NCBI RefSeq assembly: GCF_000181795.1
Contig: NW_003526943.1
Coordinates: 6,131,806-6,195,805, forward strand
DNA: 64,000 nt
Direction of reading: 5' to 3'
DNA from: Trichinella spiralis
Lineage: Eukaryota
The translations under genes and the position numbers were made by a program. Under the pieces are notes generated by a model that ran no database searches, had not been told where the DNA came from, and was given only the letters and a program-made list of their open reading frames with translations. The stretch's first letter is position 1, and the number at the start of each line of letters is the position of its first letter. Below, piece after piece: positions 13,195 through 26,105 of this stretch.

Positions 13195-14816
13195 TCAACC
13201 TATAATCAGCCCGATTCCAAATCGCGACACATCTTTGGCAAAATTCGTGAAGCCACTCAATGCGAAAGTAAAAGGTAGTGGAGTCAGCTTCTTTTCAAGA
13301 ATCGCGCCAACATTGAAATTGGAATCCACTATACCTGAAATTTTACCACGAATAGCCCATAAAAAATGAAAATAAATAAATATATAATTTATACCTCGAA
13401 ATACAACATTCGCTTTGGGCAAATCTATCTGATAACCTAACGATGCGGTACTTTCTCTAGTACGAAAGTTGGTTTCCCATTCAACGCCGAATTGCAGATT
13501 TTCTCGCTTTTTAACGTGACAAGACAAATGAAATGCGTTGCTGCCAAATGTGCTGCCCAGTGTAAATTGATTTCCTAAATAAAAAAAAACAAAAAATTAT
13601 CACAGTTATCTTCATTTACATGAACAATTTTTTTTCGATTGTTTCTTTTTAAAGAAAAACACTATTAATATTGTTTTCTCGACTGACTCGGTTCATGCAG
13701 AAAAAACATGCATTATATGGAAAATAAATTTTCAATTAATCAAGGCAATTTAAAAAATAATTTCAATTATCATTGAATGCAAAAATATACTGCTTACCTG
13801 AATATCTGGCAGCGTAATTTAGCAAAGTATTTTGACCACCAGGAATATTTTTTCCATACTGATATAGCAATTCGACGCCTACATCCACACGGGGATGCAC
13901 TCGACGAAAATAAGAGGCAGCCATCACGCCAGAATCGTTGACGAGATCGGTGTTTGCCAGAGTGAACGCAGAAGTAGAGACTTTCCCACGCCATTCAGCA
14001 GTGCATTGACCAAACAACAATCTTCCGTTCATCAACTAAACAACAACAAACTGATTGAGTAAATAAAAAAAATTTTTTTAATTAATAATTAAATTTATCA
14101 TGATCAATGAGATCACATCAGTTACCTGACTAGCGAGCGTTAATCGCAATCTATCAGTTAGATGATGCATGAGCCGAGCAGTCACATTTCCCGACGCATC
14201 GGTATCACCTAACAAAACTGGATAAGCCTGAAATTAATCACGAAAAAGCTTATTATTAAGGAAACTTTCAATTGTCCACAAAAATAAACCTCTTGAGGAC
14301 CCATCTGCTTCTTTCCAACGTAGGTGGCACAGAAGTGATAGCCGTTGTTGACTGGTGACATGTTCCACGAGTGGCCGACAGAAAAATGATTACTCAACGA
14401 TTTTTGAAGATGCAATTTTGCACCGTCAAATATTACCGGAAAGATATCTACAATGAAATAAAATAATAATTTTGTAAAATAATAAAAAAGACAACTGAAA
14501 ACTGAAATGTATATATATAATGTTAAAATGAACAAAACTAAAAGTTTCCAAAATCGAAGAACAAAAGAAGAATCGAAAAAAAATTTACGCAACTACTTTT
14601 TTTAAGTACACAAGTCATTCAGATTTAACCGTATAAAGCACTTTTGTCAGAAAAATTAAAATAATCAGAAAATAAATTTATCTCATTGAAAGTTTCATCA
14701 CCTTTACACTTTTTGTGTACTTCTTCAATTGGCCCGGGATTGTTTGCGAATAAATACGAAGCTTTATCTTCTGGGTTAAAAGCTGCGCTTTTTGATTCTT
14801 TACTTTCACTCGCCAT
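13195..14816 (-). CDS. tomm-40: Mitochondrial import receptor TOM40, ~6 exons
   Basis: Motifs NPGPIEEVHKKCK, FDGAKLHLQKSLSNHFSVGH, GVEWETNFRTRESTASLGYQIDLPKAN, LEKKLTPLPFTFALSG and the C-terminal RFGIGLIIG beta-signal. Confidence 0.95.
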
Positions 14817-15788
14817 TATTTCGACCTGAAAAAATGAAAATTTCAACTTTTTCACTAATATTTACCAATAATCAATGCGGAAAGTAAATTTAATGAAAAC
14901 ACTAACGGCTGTCACTATTTTTAAAATTAACAAGTCACGAAAAACAATATTTAATTCATAAACTATTGGATAAAAAATTATCATCAAACAAGCACTTATC
15001 ATCACGTAGCGTTGCACTTTTATTCTAAACTTCACAATGTTAGAAACTTGATGACAGACAGTCCGTTCTGATTCGCAGTGAAAACTTCAAAAATTTAAAA
15101 TTTAACAAAAAGCGATTCTTTCTTATATATAATAAAATAAATCAAATATTACAATTTAATTTTAAAAATTACATGTTAAAATCAACCAAATTAAAAAATT
15201 TTCAAGAAACTAAGGCAACAATTTACAAAACACGGAAATCAAGATTTACTATAAAATTACGGTCATCATTGTTAAATGAAATATTTTGACTGCGCTCTAC
15301 ACGAAGTAAAATAAAGCACATTTATTAATGGAAAATTTATTGTTACTTTTTAAGCTTTCATAACAAAAATTTGTCAATTTTTTAAACACCGACTACGATT
15401 GCATTACTTAGTAGAATATCCCGTAATATTAATTATACAAATGTACAATATTCATAAAATTTGTTTAAAATTTTATTTTTAAAAATATCAGTAAAATAAA
15501 AGTTAATGGTATTTAAAATGATTAAATTTTTAATATTAAAAATTTATTAAAGTAATAAAAATCAAGTAAAATGTGGATTGTTGATTTCGCAAAAAATTGA
15601 AATTTCAATAAAAATTTGAAATATATTAAATATAAAAAAACAAAAATATAAAAATAAATTTTATTAGAAAATAATCACGAGGCAGCGTAAATTGTACAGT
15701 TATTTCAACTTGACAATCTCAAGTGTTGTACGGTATAAAGTATATTATTTGTAGTTTTGTTTTTTTGGTGCGTTAGTTTGGTGACAAA

Positions 15789-18700
15789 ATGTCGGATGTG
15801 GGTGATTGTTTCGAAGAATTTCACGCTTCTGTGTACATTGCAAAAGAGGTTAGTGGCAATGGTGGATTATTTGACAAAGTGAAAAATTTCGTTTCAAGCG
15901 TCTGCGAACCGCTTTCGCTTCATTTCAGCATTCGACCTTGTTTGACGCAAGAGAATCCCGACTTATTCACGGAAAAATTTCACACGTCAATTTCTTCAGA
16001 TTGGGAGGATGTGGAACAATATCACGAGTCCGTGAGTGAAATTATCAAAAGATGGTGTTCGACCATAAGGGGCAATTTGCACGAACAGCCGTTGCTCGAA
16101 TTGATCCAAGATGCGACGTTTCCGTTCCAACTGATTCCATTGCACAGATACAATCTGCAGGGCAAGGTGTCTTTCGGTTTCATGCTCAATTTCGGCATCT
16201 TCACCGAGCACTGTGTTGTCGACCTCAGCGGCAGTTGGACAGCGAAAGCGATCTTCGAACACGACCGACGCTGCTTTAGCATTACGATTTTCAGAAAATT
16301 TTCCAAAAACTGCTCTATGAAGCTGCTGATACTGTATGACTCGGTGTCGGCGATTCAGGTGGATTTCAACGACGGAAAAGCGGACGTATATTTCACGCTT
16401 TGTCATCCGCCGTTCTTATTCGGTCCGGATGGAGGCGGTGAGCAGAAAAATCAGCAAAGACGTTTGGTTCGGCTGAACAAATTTTTCAGCTGCGATATGG
16501 AAAATTTTGGAAAATGCAAAGTGATAAAGATGACGAAAAGTGTTACCAAATGTATTGCGTTCAAGAAATTTTTTTGGAAATTTTTGCTTCGAATGAAAAA
16601 GCGTTGTTGGAATGCGAAAATTTTTTTCGGTGCCGTGCAGACGATCAGCGTCGATAATTTGGTGCGAGAAGATTTCGCCAAACGGGAAATCGGCGATTGG
16701 CCATTTTGGTGTCAGTATTATTGGCTGGCTTTGGGCTCGCGACACCACAGCATTGTTTACCAGTTGACCAATCACTTTTTCGACGAAGTTAGTCGCTGCC
16801 TGACAGAAAATCTCCGTTCCACCGAGGTGGCGTTCATCCAATTGTTGTGCATCATCGACAACAACAGTCAGCTTATTGTGAACGTGCGCCAACGATTTCG
16901 GCAAGTTTACGACAAACAGTGCAGCTTGACAGATAATGATTATTCCATTGAACTGGACCTCGCTGCACCGTACGTGTCGGTCAGGAAGGTGGTCATCACG
17001 CCGACACGAGTACTGTTGTCAGTGCCGGACAAAATGATGAGCAATCGGATATTGAGACAATTCGGCTCGGATTTGGCGTTGAGGGTGATTTTTCGCGACG
17101 AAGGCGGCACACGTATTCCCGCTTCGAAATTCAGCTTGACGTCGTTGAAGCAAATTGTCACCACGGTGATGATGAAAGGTTTGGCAATTGGTCCCAGATT
17201 GTACCAATTTTTGGGCTGGTCCAATTCGCAGCTTCGCGATCACGGATGCTACTTTTACGCCAGCACCGAACAAGTGAACGTTGAAGAGATTCGGCGTTGG
17301 ATGGGCGATTTTTCGTCAATTCGAAGCGTGCCCAAGTTGATGTCCCGAATGGGCCAGTGTTTTACACAAGCTTTCGCCATCACGGCCATACCGTTCAATC
17401 CGGACAGCAAGGAAGTTTTGATCGAAACTGACATTCAAAGTAGCGATTCGAAATTTTGCTTCAGCGACGGTATTGGTCGAATGTCCACCAAGCTGGCGGA
17501 AGAAGTTGCAGAAAGACTCGAACTTTGGCCAGTGCCGAGCGCTTTTCAAATTCGCTACGCCGGCTTCAAAGGGATGCTGTGCGTCGATCCGCGCTTGGAC
17601 GGCGACGTGAAGATGGTCTTCAGGCAGAGCATGCACAAATTTCACACCGAAGGTGCGCACACTCTGGAAATTGTCAAACACAGCCAACCGTGCGAAGTGA
17701 ATCTCAACCGACCGTTGATTATGATTTTGGACCAGGTCGCTTTCAAAGAGGGGGTCCCGGTGAACGGCCGTGTTCAGAACCGTATCATGCAACTGCTCGA
17801 TCAGCAAATCTGCGAACTGTCCCAAATGTTGCTGTTTGAAGATCAAGCGAAATCTGTACTGTCGGCCACTATGCATTCGGAAATGAATTTCGAAAAATTA
17901 GCCGACGCTGGATTCCGTTTCACCGAAGAACCATTTTTTCGTAACATGCTCTTGGCATGTTATAAATTCAAAGTCAAAGAAAAATTGTTCCGAATGAAAA
18001 TCGAAATTGACCCATCACTCGGCCGAACCATGTACGGCGTGATGGATGAACTGGGTCTGCTCCATCCTGGTCAAGTAAGTCCATCACTTTTTTTAATTAT
18101 TAGTTGGAAAAAAAAATTATCAACACTACTATACATATATTTTTGTATTTTTTTTTATTTTCGAGGTTTTTATTCAATGTTCCGCCAATATATTACGTCC
18201 AGGTGAAGACAAGCGTGTCATTACTGGTAAAGTGATGGTGACGAAAAGCCCTTCCGTGGTTCCTGGTGATGTTCGCATTTTGACTGCTGTCGATTTGGAA
18301 ATTTACCACTATTTGAACGATGTGATCGTATTTCCGAAAATCGGCTACCGCCCGGTAACCGATCAGATGGCTGGGTCGGATTTGGACGGTGACGAATATG
18401 CGGTGATTTGGGATGAAGAATTGATGTTCTGCAACAATTATCCGGCAATGCTTTACGAGAAAGTAATTTCGTCGGAAATCGACGGCGACATAACTTCGGA
18501 CAAAATGGTCGACTTTTTTTTGCATTACATCTGTTCGGATTCGATTGGCCGAATCGCCATAGCTCATCTGGTCGCTTCGGATTCGTATGGAATTTTCGAC
18601 GACGTATCGAATTGTATTGCAAGAAAACACTCCATGGCGGTGGATTTTCCCAAAAGTGGCGTAACACCACCGAAATTGGAAAATGATGAAATTCCATTGA

Positions 18701-20470
18701 AATATCCAGATTATATTCCGAAATGTTACAATTCGTTGTACAGGAGCAAATGGTTGTTGGGTAGTTTGTATCGGAAAGTGTACATGTTGAATTCGATCGC
18801 TGAATTGAGTTTGGCGAGAAAAGTGACAACCGGTAAAAGTGATCCCCATTTGAAAATAGCGGAAGCGAAAAATTTCGAAGAGAAAGCGAGAGCGATTTTC
18901 CAACGGTACAAGAGCGAATTGCATTCGTTGCTCGACGAATATGGAATTGAAAATGAATTTCAACTTATAACTGGCAAAATAACAAAAATGCACAGTCGAC
19001 TGTCCGACGGTGAACGGGACGATTTCAGTTATTATAATACGGAAAAAGTTTTGAAAGTTCGTCTGGGTATGCTTCAAAAAAAATACAAGAAACTTTTCGT
19101 CAGTCAATTTTCGTCCGTTGTCAGCAAAGAACAACTGGCGAATTATACCGAAGTTCAAGCGGCCGCTTCGGCTTGGTATTCGGTCGCTTACAGGGACGCG
19201 GAAATTTCGAATCGTACCGCTTTGAGTTTTCCTTGGCTTGTTTGGGAAGTGTTGCTCGATTTGAAATTGAAAAATTGTCCATCGGAACGAATTGATCCGG
19301 TTGTAGTGAATTTGCAAAATTTTATCCAAATCCAACGGATGAACAATGAACAATTGATGGAAATTATCGACCGGATACTTGAAAATTCGAAAGTGAACCG
19401 CGAAAATCGACAACATTTCGAAAATGTCCAACGAATATTGTACACGTTGTTCAACTGGTGCGACAGTGTTGGAATGTTTGTCAAAAGTGGAGGAAGTGCG
19501 GAAGTTGTGAACGTTGTCGGCCAATTGTTCGTCGATTTTGTCGCTTTTTTCGAAAAATCCATCGAAAATGAAATGGCATTGTTGGAATTGAACGATACGA
19601 ATATCCGGTCGAATGGTGCCATTTCGGACCACTACTGTGCCAGGGTTCTTTTGAAATTTTTGGAACATTGCGTCAATCGACGATTCGATTTTTCACCGCA
19701 CGGTCAACAATTTTCCAAAAGTTCCGAAGCGAACATTCTCTACCGGTCAGCTTTCAAACAATATCACGGTATGGCTGTCAGTGGAAATTTTCGAGGTCTA
19801 TTTCCAGGCGACGGTATTAACGAAGAAACCGACATATTACTTTCCGACGTACGCGAAATGGAACCAATGATGTTAAATTTGTCGCGCGAAACTTTGGCTT
19901 GTTTGAAATTCGGTGCAATTGTTGACATGTTGAAAAAATGGTCCGAATGTGAAGATGTTGCTTTTCGCAGGTAATTATTAAGTGGAAAGCATATTTTTTT
20001 TTAAATTTTATTCTTCATCTTTTATTTTAATCGCGTATTTATTGCTTTTTTTATAGAAATTTTTTTTCCATTTTTTTTACAATTTATTATTATATATATT
20101 TTTTTTCATTTTGCGTGTGGTGGAAATGAGACTCTCTGTGCATTGTCTCGCTTTGTGATATTTCCAATCGTACATCGATTGTCCATCGTATAGTTTTTTT
20201 GTACGATGTGATGATGCGAAAAAAAAAGTTTTTTTTTCTTAAATTGAGAAAGAAAATTATTATACATGTATGTATGTTGTACATGTATGTGAATATTTTA
20301 TTTTCAGTGTCAACATTGAAAGTGATCGCGATGATCGTTTTATGATCAGCGCCTATGGCACGTTGCAAGCTCGTCGACGGTTGCAAAATATTTTACTTTC
20401 TGCCCATATTGAACAATGGTTGGAAAGTGGAGAATGCAATTGCGACGTTGATGAAATAGCCTGGTTGTGA
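15789..20470 (+). CDS. Cellular (RNAi-type) RNA-dependent RNA polymerase, RRF/EGO family; exons 15789-18074, 18166-19970, 20308-20470; ~1417 aa
   Basis: Motifs FLGWSNSQLRDHGCYF, KLMSRMGQCF, FSDGIGRMS, PSAFQIRYAGFKG, GRTMYGVMDE, GQ/VFIQ across intron 1, catalytic MAGSDLDGDEYAVIWD and HSMAVDFPKSG. The spliced frame is uninterrupted. Confidence 0.95.
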
Positions 20471-21002
20471 ATAGACATGTGGAGCTATTCACTTTTTCCA
20501 ATTGTTTTTTTTTTCAAGAAATTTATTCACACTCATCACTAGCCGCATATACATTGACAATTTACTTACAATTTATCAACTTGCCAGTCTTCTACAGAGT
20601 TGATGTTAAATTGTTTCGATATGTTCAAATTTTTTCAAGTTACTGAACAGCAATTTTGTTTTTGTTAAATTGAATGAAAAGCTGTTTTAAAAAAAAGTAT
20701 GCTACTGAATTTTGTTGAACAATAAACTGAATTACATACCGTTTTTTTCAAAGTAACGTTCGCGCATGTATTAGTGAGTTTTTTCTGTTGAAAATATTAA
20801 TAATACATTATTACTTTCACTTCACAACTTTATATTTTTGTACAAAATATAGCGAATGGTAAGAAAGAGAAAATTTTTTCTTTTCCTCATGTGGTGGTGG
20901 GTATACGGTAGAAGTTGCAGTTGTTCTTTTTTTTCAAATTTACACGTAAATAATCAAGTGAGGAATATGAACAGAAAAAAAAACAAATTGCACATATATT
21001 TG

Positions 21003-21614
21003 CTAGGCGGGTAAGATGGCCGTTTTCCCTTGCATATTTGCTGCGGCTAACATTGAACTGACTATGGATTTCTTCATCATTCGATAAGTGCGATGATTCC
21101 AATAGCACAATGGTAAGACCATTATAATAACTATTACGGCTAGAATGAAAAAGAGCAACAAAAAAAATTTTTTTTTTCCAATATAAAATTAATCAACATT
21201 CTCATTACCGGCTATGAAGATTACTATGACGAAAAATATGGTCCATCCTTGGGCCCTGTGTATGCAGAAAGTTGTACACGCTCCGCCGTATTGACTGGGA
21301 GTTTGTATGCATTCGCCGTAAATGAAGACATTCCAGTATGCGTTGTATCCGCAATCTTGGTAGCACAATTCTGCATTGCTGTAATAGTTGGCTTGACACC
21401 GGCAGTTCCATCGGTTCAAATATAGCCGCACGCAGCCTTCGTCGTGGTCGCCAATGCAAGTTTCTCTGCACACCACTTCCGTCTCATAATATCCTATACC
21501 GCCGAGCACATTTTGACGCAAAGCTGACTCGCAGATTGAAATCAAGCACACGCCCAAATAGCCCAGGATAAAGACAATTTTGTTGTTCTTTTGCTTTGCT
21601 TCGAAGATTTTCAT
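21003..21614 (-). CDS. Cys-rich single-pass membrane protein, paralog A (exons 21614-21209, 21139-21003)
   Basis: Hydrophobic leader, 10-Cys domain, TM segment WTIFFVIVIFIA/AVIVIIMVLPLC split by a phase-1 intron, tail ending KTAILPA. Confidence 0.85.
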
Positions 21615-24600
21615 TGTACGTTTCACGTGTGCAATCAAAAGCTCCACTTCATCTGAACAAGCTGTATTGAAAGAAAATGGTGCTTGGAAATGCAATTTAT
21701 ATTCAAAATTGAATTTCCATTTATATAGCCAATAAATAATTTGCCCAATAAAGAAAAACATTAAACGTCAATGGAAAAAAGCAAATTTTAATGCAAAAAT
21801 TAATAACATTCATTACAGCACGGTCAAGCAGCAATTTTTGCTAAACTTCAATACAACAGCAATCTCAGCTTCCAACTCGTCTGTTGTTGTGTTGGCAGCA
21901 ACATGATGAACGTGCAAATGAAGACAATTATTGATATTTTTCTCATTAATTTATTTTATTCAATCTTGTGCAATTATGGCTTTGCAAACGATGATTTTTT
22001 GAAAAAAATAATATTCATTAAATTAATAAAAACAAGTCATTGAATATAAAAAAGAAAATTATTTCAATAACAGCAATACGCATTACTATTCCATATGATT
22101 ATACTGTATTTGCGAATTTCTTTTGTAAAGATTGTTGTTGTTAGCTGCGGTTTTCCTGTGTAATTATTTTTATAAACAAAATATTATATTTTACGTTTTT
22201 TTTGTTTCAAAATAAAATTTGCGCAGTTTGCACCGTTTACAATTGAAGCAAAAAATTTCAATATTCATCGAAGCATTATTCAAGTGAATTATTATACTTT
22301 TGAAATATGAAAAAAAACAAATTTTCTGATTTAAAATGCAAAAAATTAAAATCTGCATGCACTTGTGAAAATGCACAAAGAAAACAAATAAAATTTGTAC
22401 ACTTACATGACGGTTGAGATGGTAGAAGCGACAAAAACGAAAGGATACGAGCGAGCTGTACGGCAGAATGGCAAAATTTGCAACCAAACGCATTCAATTG
22501 GCCAAAGTAGAATTGAAACGGAAATCAATAGATGAATAGATAAATCGGCATACCTCAAAATAGCAAATTCTGTTTTGCAAATTCATTGCAATTCTTACTC
22601 ATCGAACAAAACAAAGTTTTGCCATTTTTGGTTTCATTTCAAAGCATTTATTATTATTTGCTTGACATAAAAAGGTGGGTTAATTGATTTCATTAATTTT
22701 TATTTTCATCATTGAGCATCATTTTTGCTATCACTAAAAAATGCATGCTTTTGCAAATTAGCTTCTTGTTGCATATGCTAACAATTGCTAAATTGCCCCA
22801 AAAGTAGTCAGTGTTCTCAAAAGTATATCTGTATATATATCTTTCATGCATGCATATGTTCATCATATATAGATTAAAATTGAACATTTTGCAATTCCAC
22901 TTATTTGTAATTAATAGAAATTTTTTATTAATAATTGAAACAATAATAAAACATGCATTTTTTTATTATTAATTTCTGATAAAAATACACATTTTAAAAT
23001 AACTAGCAGTATAATGACTGCACTATTCACACATTTGGCAGTGTAATTCTTAAAAAAATTCATTTCATGTAAATACATCTTTAAAAAAATTCCTTCTTTA
23101 CACTCATCTTATGACATCACTTATATTTCATAAGAAAATTTGTGAAAATTAACAATATAAATCAATGAAACAATTATAAATGCTAATATAAACACTTTTC
23201 ATTGAAACATGTGTACTTTGCTAAATATAACTATTAAAAAAATATTTTTATCATGTGAAAGCTAATTTGAAAATTAATTTTTTTTATAATATAATTAAAT
23301 TAAAATTATTATGTTTTTTTAATAGAAAATCACATGTGCATGAAAGTATAAAATGAAAAATATGGCAATCGATATTCAACTTGCAGTTATTTATGAAATT
23401 TATTGATCAATCAATTCCTTATTTACTTGCAAACTTTTTCATGCATATGCAATGTTAGATTTAATTATAGTATTGAAAGATGCCGATAAGTTTTTCAATT
23501 GAAACCTTGAAAATTATCGTATATGAAAGAGAAGTTGTGATGACAGAATTTTTTCTGCACAAATTGTTAAATTTACAAAATTTATACTTTTCTCCATAGT
23601 AACATTTGTAACTTTTCTGCACCACCCTTCTGTGGGTTGAATTTGGCTGGATTTATTCTTCTATTTAGTGTTTCATAAAAATAGATAATCCATTTTCCAT
23701 TTCAATAATATACATTGCCAAGTTGTAAAAGTGAATCGTTGTAAGAACGGAATTTAATCAATTGCTATAAATGCTTTATGTTGTTATGCATATTTTTTTT
23801 CGTTTCTTTTGTTGATTAATTGAAAGCATACAAAAAGTTATGAAAATGAAAAAATTACACAAATTCATCTGCTTAAAATATGTGCAATTTTCTTATTTAG
23901 CTGAGAAAAAAAGACAAAAATCTATGTTTTATTGTTTTAATTATGTTCATGCATTGCAATTCGAGCAAATAATTGGAAATGCTTCAACAGTTCGTTTCTT
24001 AAAGCTTACATTTAATTATAACTTCTGAGAAAGTTACCATTAAAATTGAAATGGACGAATTGCTTGCAAAAATTAATTCTTCACATCAATTAGGTGTGTT
24101 GCAAGTCTTTATAATTTGAGAATAAGGTAAAATGATCATCAGCTTATAAATAAAATCTGATGTTCAGGAAGGAAATTTTAGACATTTCAGACAGCTTGTG
24201 AAAAAAGTTTTTTTTGTGATGTAAACATTTTTAATAATTCACTTTTGACCGTTTGCAATTTGCATTTGATAATTGCAATCAATAAAGCGAATGATAAATT
24301 TTTCCGGCAAAATAATACCGTTGTCAGCTTGACAATGTGAAAATATGAATCATTATTTGCTGAGGGTATTTAATTATTAATTTTAGCATCGAGCTTTTTA
24401 TAGCAACATGTAATCTTAATTATTCAAATTGCATACTTATGTTTCTAATTTGAACTTAATATATATTCTTTGGAATATGATTTAAAAATATAACGTTGCT
24501 TGTTCTTTAGGAAGTTAATATACAAGAAGAAGTGAAATAGTAGGTTCAACATAGTTTAAGTGCAAAAAATGATGCAAAATAAAATGAACGAATGAATGAA

Positions 24601-24738
24601 TAAAAATGAATTGAAATTTTCCAACAAGAAACTATTAATTATTGTTGAATTGAATCAATAATTTCAAAAATGGATTCGTTAATTTTACCAGTTGGCAATA
24701 TTTAGAGAAAACTGTTCGTACAAATATTTAAATTTACA

Positions 24739-25611
24739 ATGGCTTGGTTTGTTGTGTTGCTATTTTTCAACGTCGGCTATCAAATGCTTGTGAACGTTGC
24801 CAATGGCCAGAGAGGACGTCGCATAACGAACAATTTACCATATATGCAGCACCAGACCGAAGTGGTCTGTCACCAAAATTGCGTCGGACAACACGACCTC
24901 GGCTGTTACCGTGTGCTCTTGAATGGGGCAAGTTATGTATGCCGTTGTCAGCCAAATTATTTTTCCAGTTCCCAAATGTGTCAGCAAGAGTGCCAATATG
25001 AGCAATTTTGGAATCGGATTTTCTACGGTGAATGCGTATCAGCGCCGACTTTGTTTCACGGCTCTTGTTCATTAACTTGCATCTACAAACTGAGGGGATG
25101 GACAATATTCGTCATTGTGCTCTTGTCTTTGGGTGGTAAGTTTCTGTTCTATTTTTTTATTTACTCATTCATCAACATGCAAATTATACTACAAGCAAGA
25201 GAATTGAATTAATAATATATGTAATAAATCTAAATAAAAATCATCATTATGAGAAAAGTAAAAAATGTCGATTGTTTCAGAAACCTAAATTTCTATTCTT
25301 TCATTAAAAATATGAATTTTCATAATTAGAATTCATAAGCTTTTTCAATTTTCCTTTTGAATAATATATTTTGAACAGCATACAGTAGAACCGTGTTTAT
25401 AGCAGCGGCGGCGTTGATGTTCGGACCGGCCATGTTCATCATCAGCTGTCGATATATGCGTTTGCTGAAACGGCACAAAAGATACCTGGAAAATCGTCTG
25501 ATTCCTTTCATTTTTCACAACCAAAATTCTGAATCAAAAGACCATCCGCCGCTTAACAATGGAAATGCAGTGCTTAGCCCTCAGGAACCCGTCATCCAAG
25601 TGGTTCAGTAA
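24739..25611 (+). CDS. Cys-rich single-pass membrane protein, paralog B (exons 24739-25135, 25403-25611)
   Basis: Signal-like MAWFVVLLFF, same Cys pattern, WTIFVIVLLSLG/AAAALMFGPAMFIISC with the same phase-1 intron, tail ending VIQVVQ. Confidence 0.85.
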
Positions 25612-26105
25612 AAATTGCAAATAATTTTACATTTTATAAATTTTGATACAATTTGTTACTTTAAATTAATAAATTTTATAAACATTGAACATTTGGATGA
25701 TTTTGATACATCCAGTGATAAATTAAGTCTAAAGTTAAATAATCTTTATTTTCTGCAACAATTGAAATACGCAATATTGAAATTTTAATATTACGTTTTG
25801 CAATTTTATGAATTTGTAGCAAAAATTGCATATTTTTTATGCCGCAGATGCTTTTGCATTAGAATAAAATAATACGACGTAAAACTTTCTTAATGTAGCA
25901 CAAATATAGTAAGCTTGTAAAAATAATTCATTTTTAATTATTTAATTTTATTAGAAAACAAAATTACATTTTCTAATAAAACAGACGAAAAAATTAACTT
26001 TGAATGTATATTTCATAAAAGCAATTGTATAAGCAAAAGCATGTATGATTATACTGTTGGGTGGAATTTAAACATTCTGATGATGTCGACATTCAATTTA
26101 TAGCA

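Noticed and set aside
18193..19668. 491-aa antisense ORF and other ORFs overlapping the RdRP
   Set aside because: Shadow frames of a GC-richer, codon-biased exon, with no recognisable domain.
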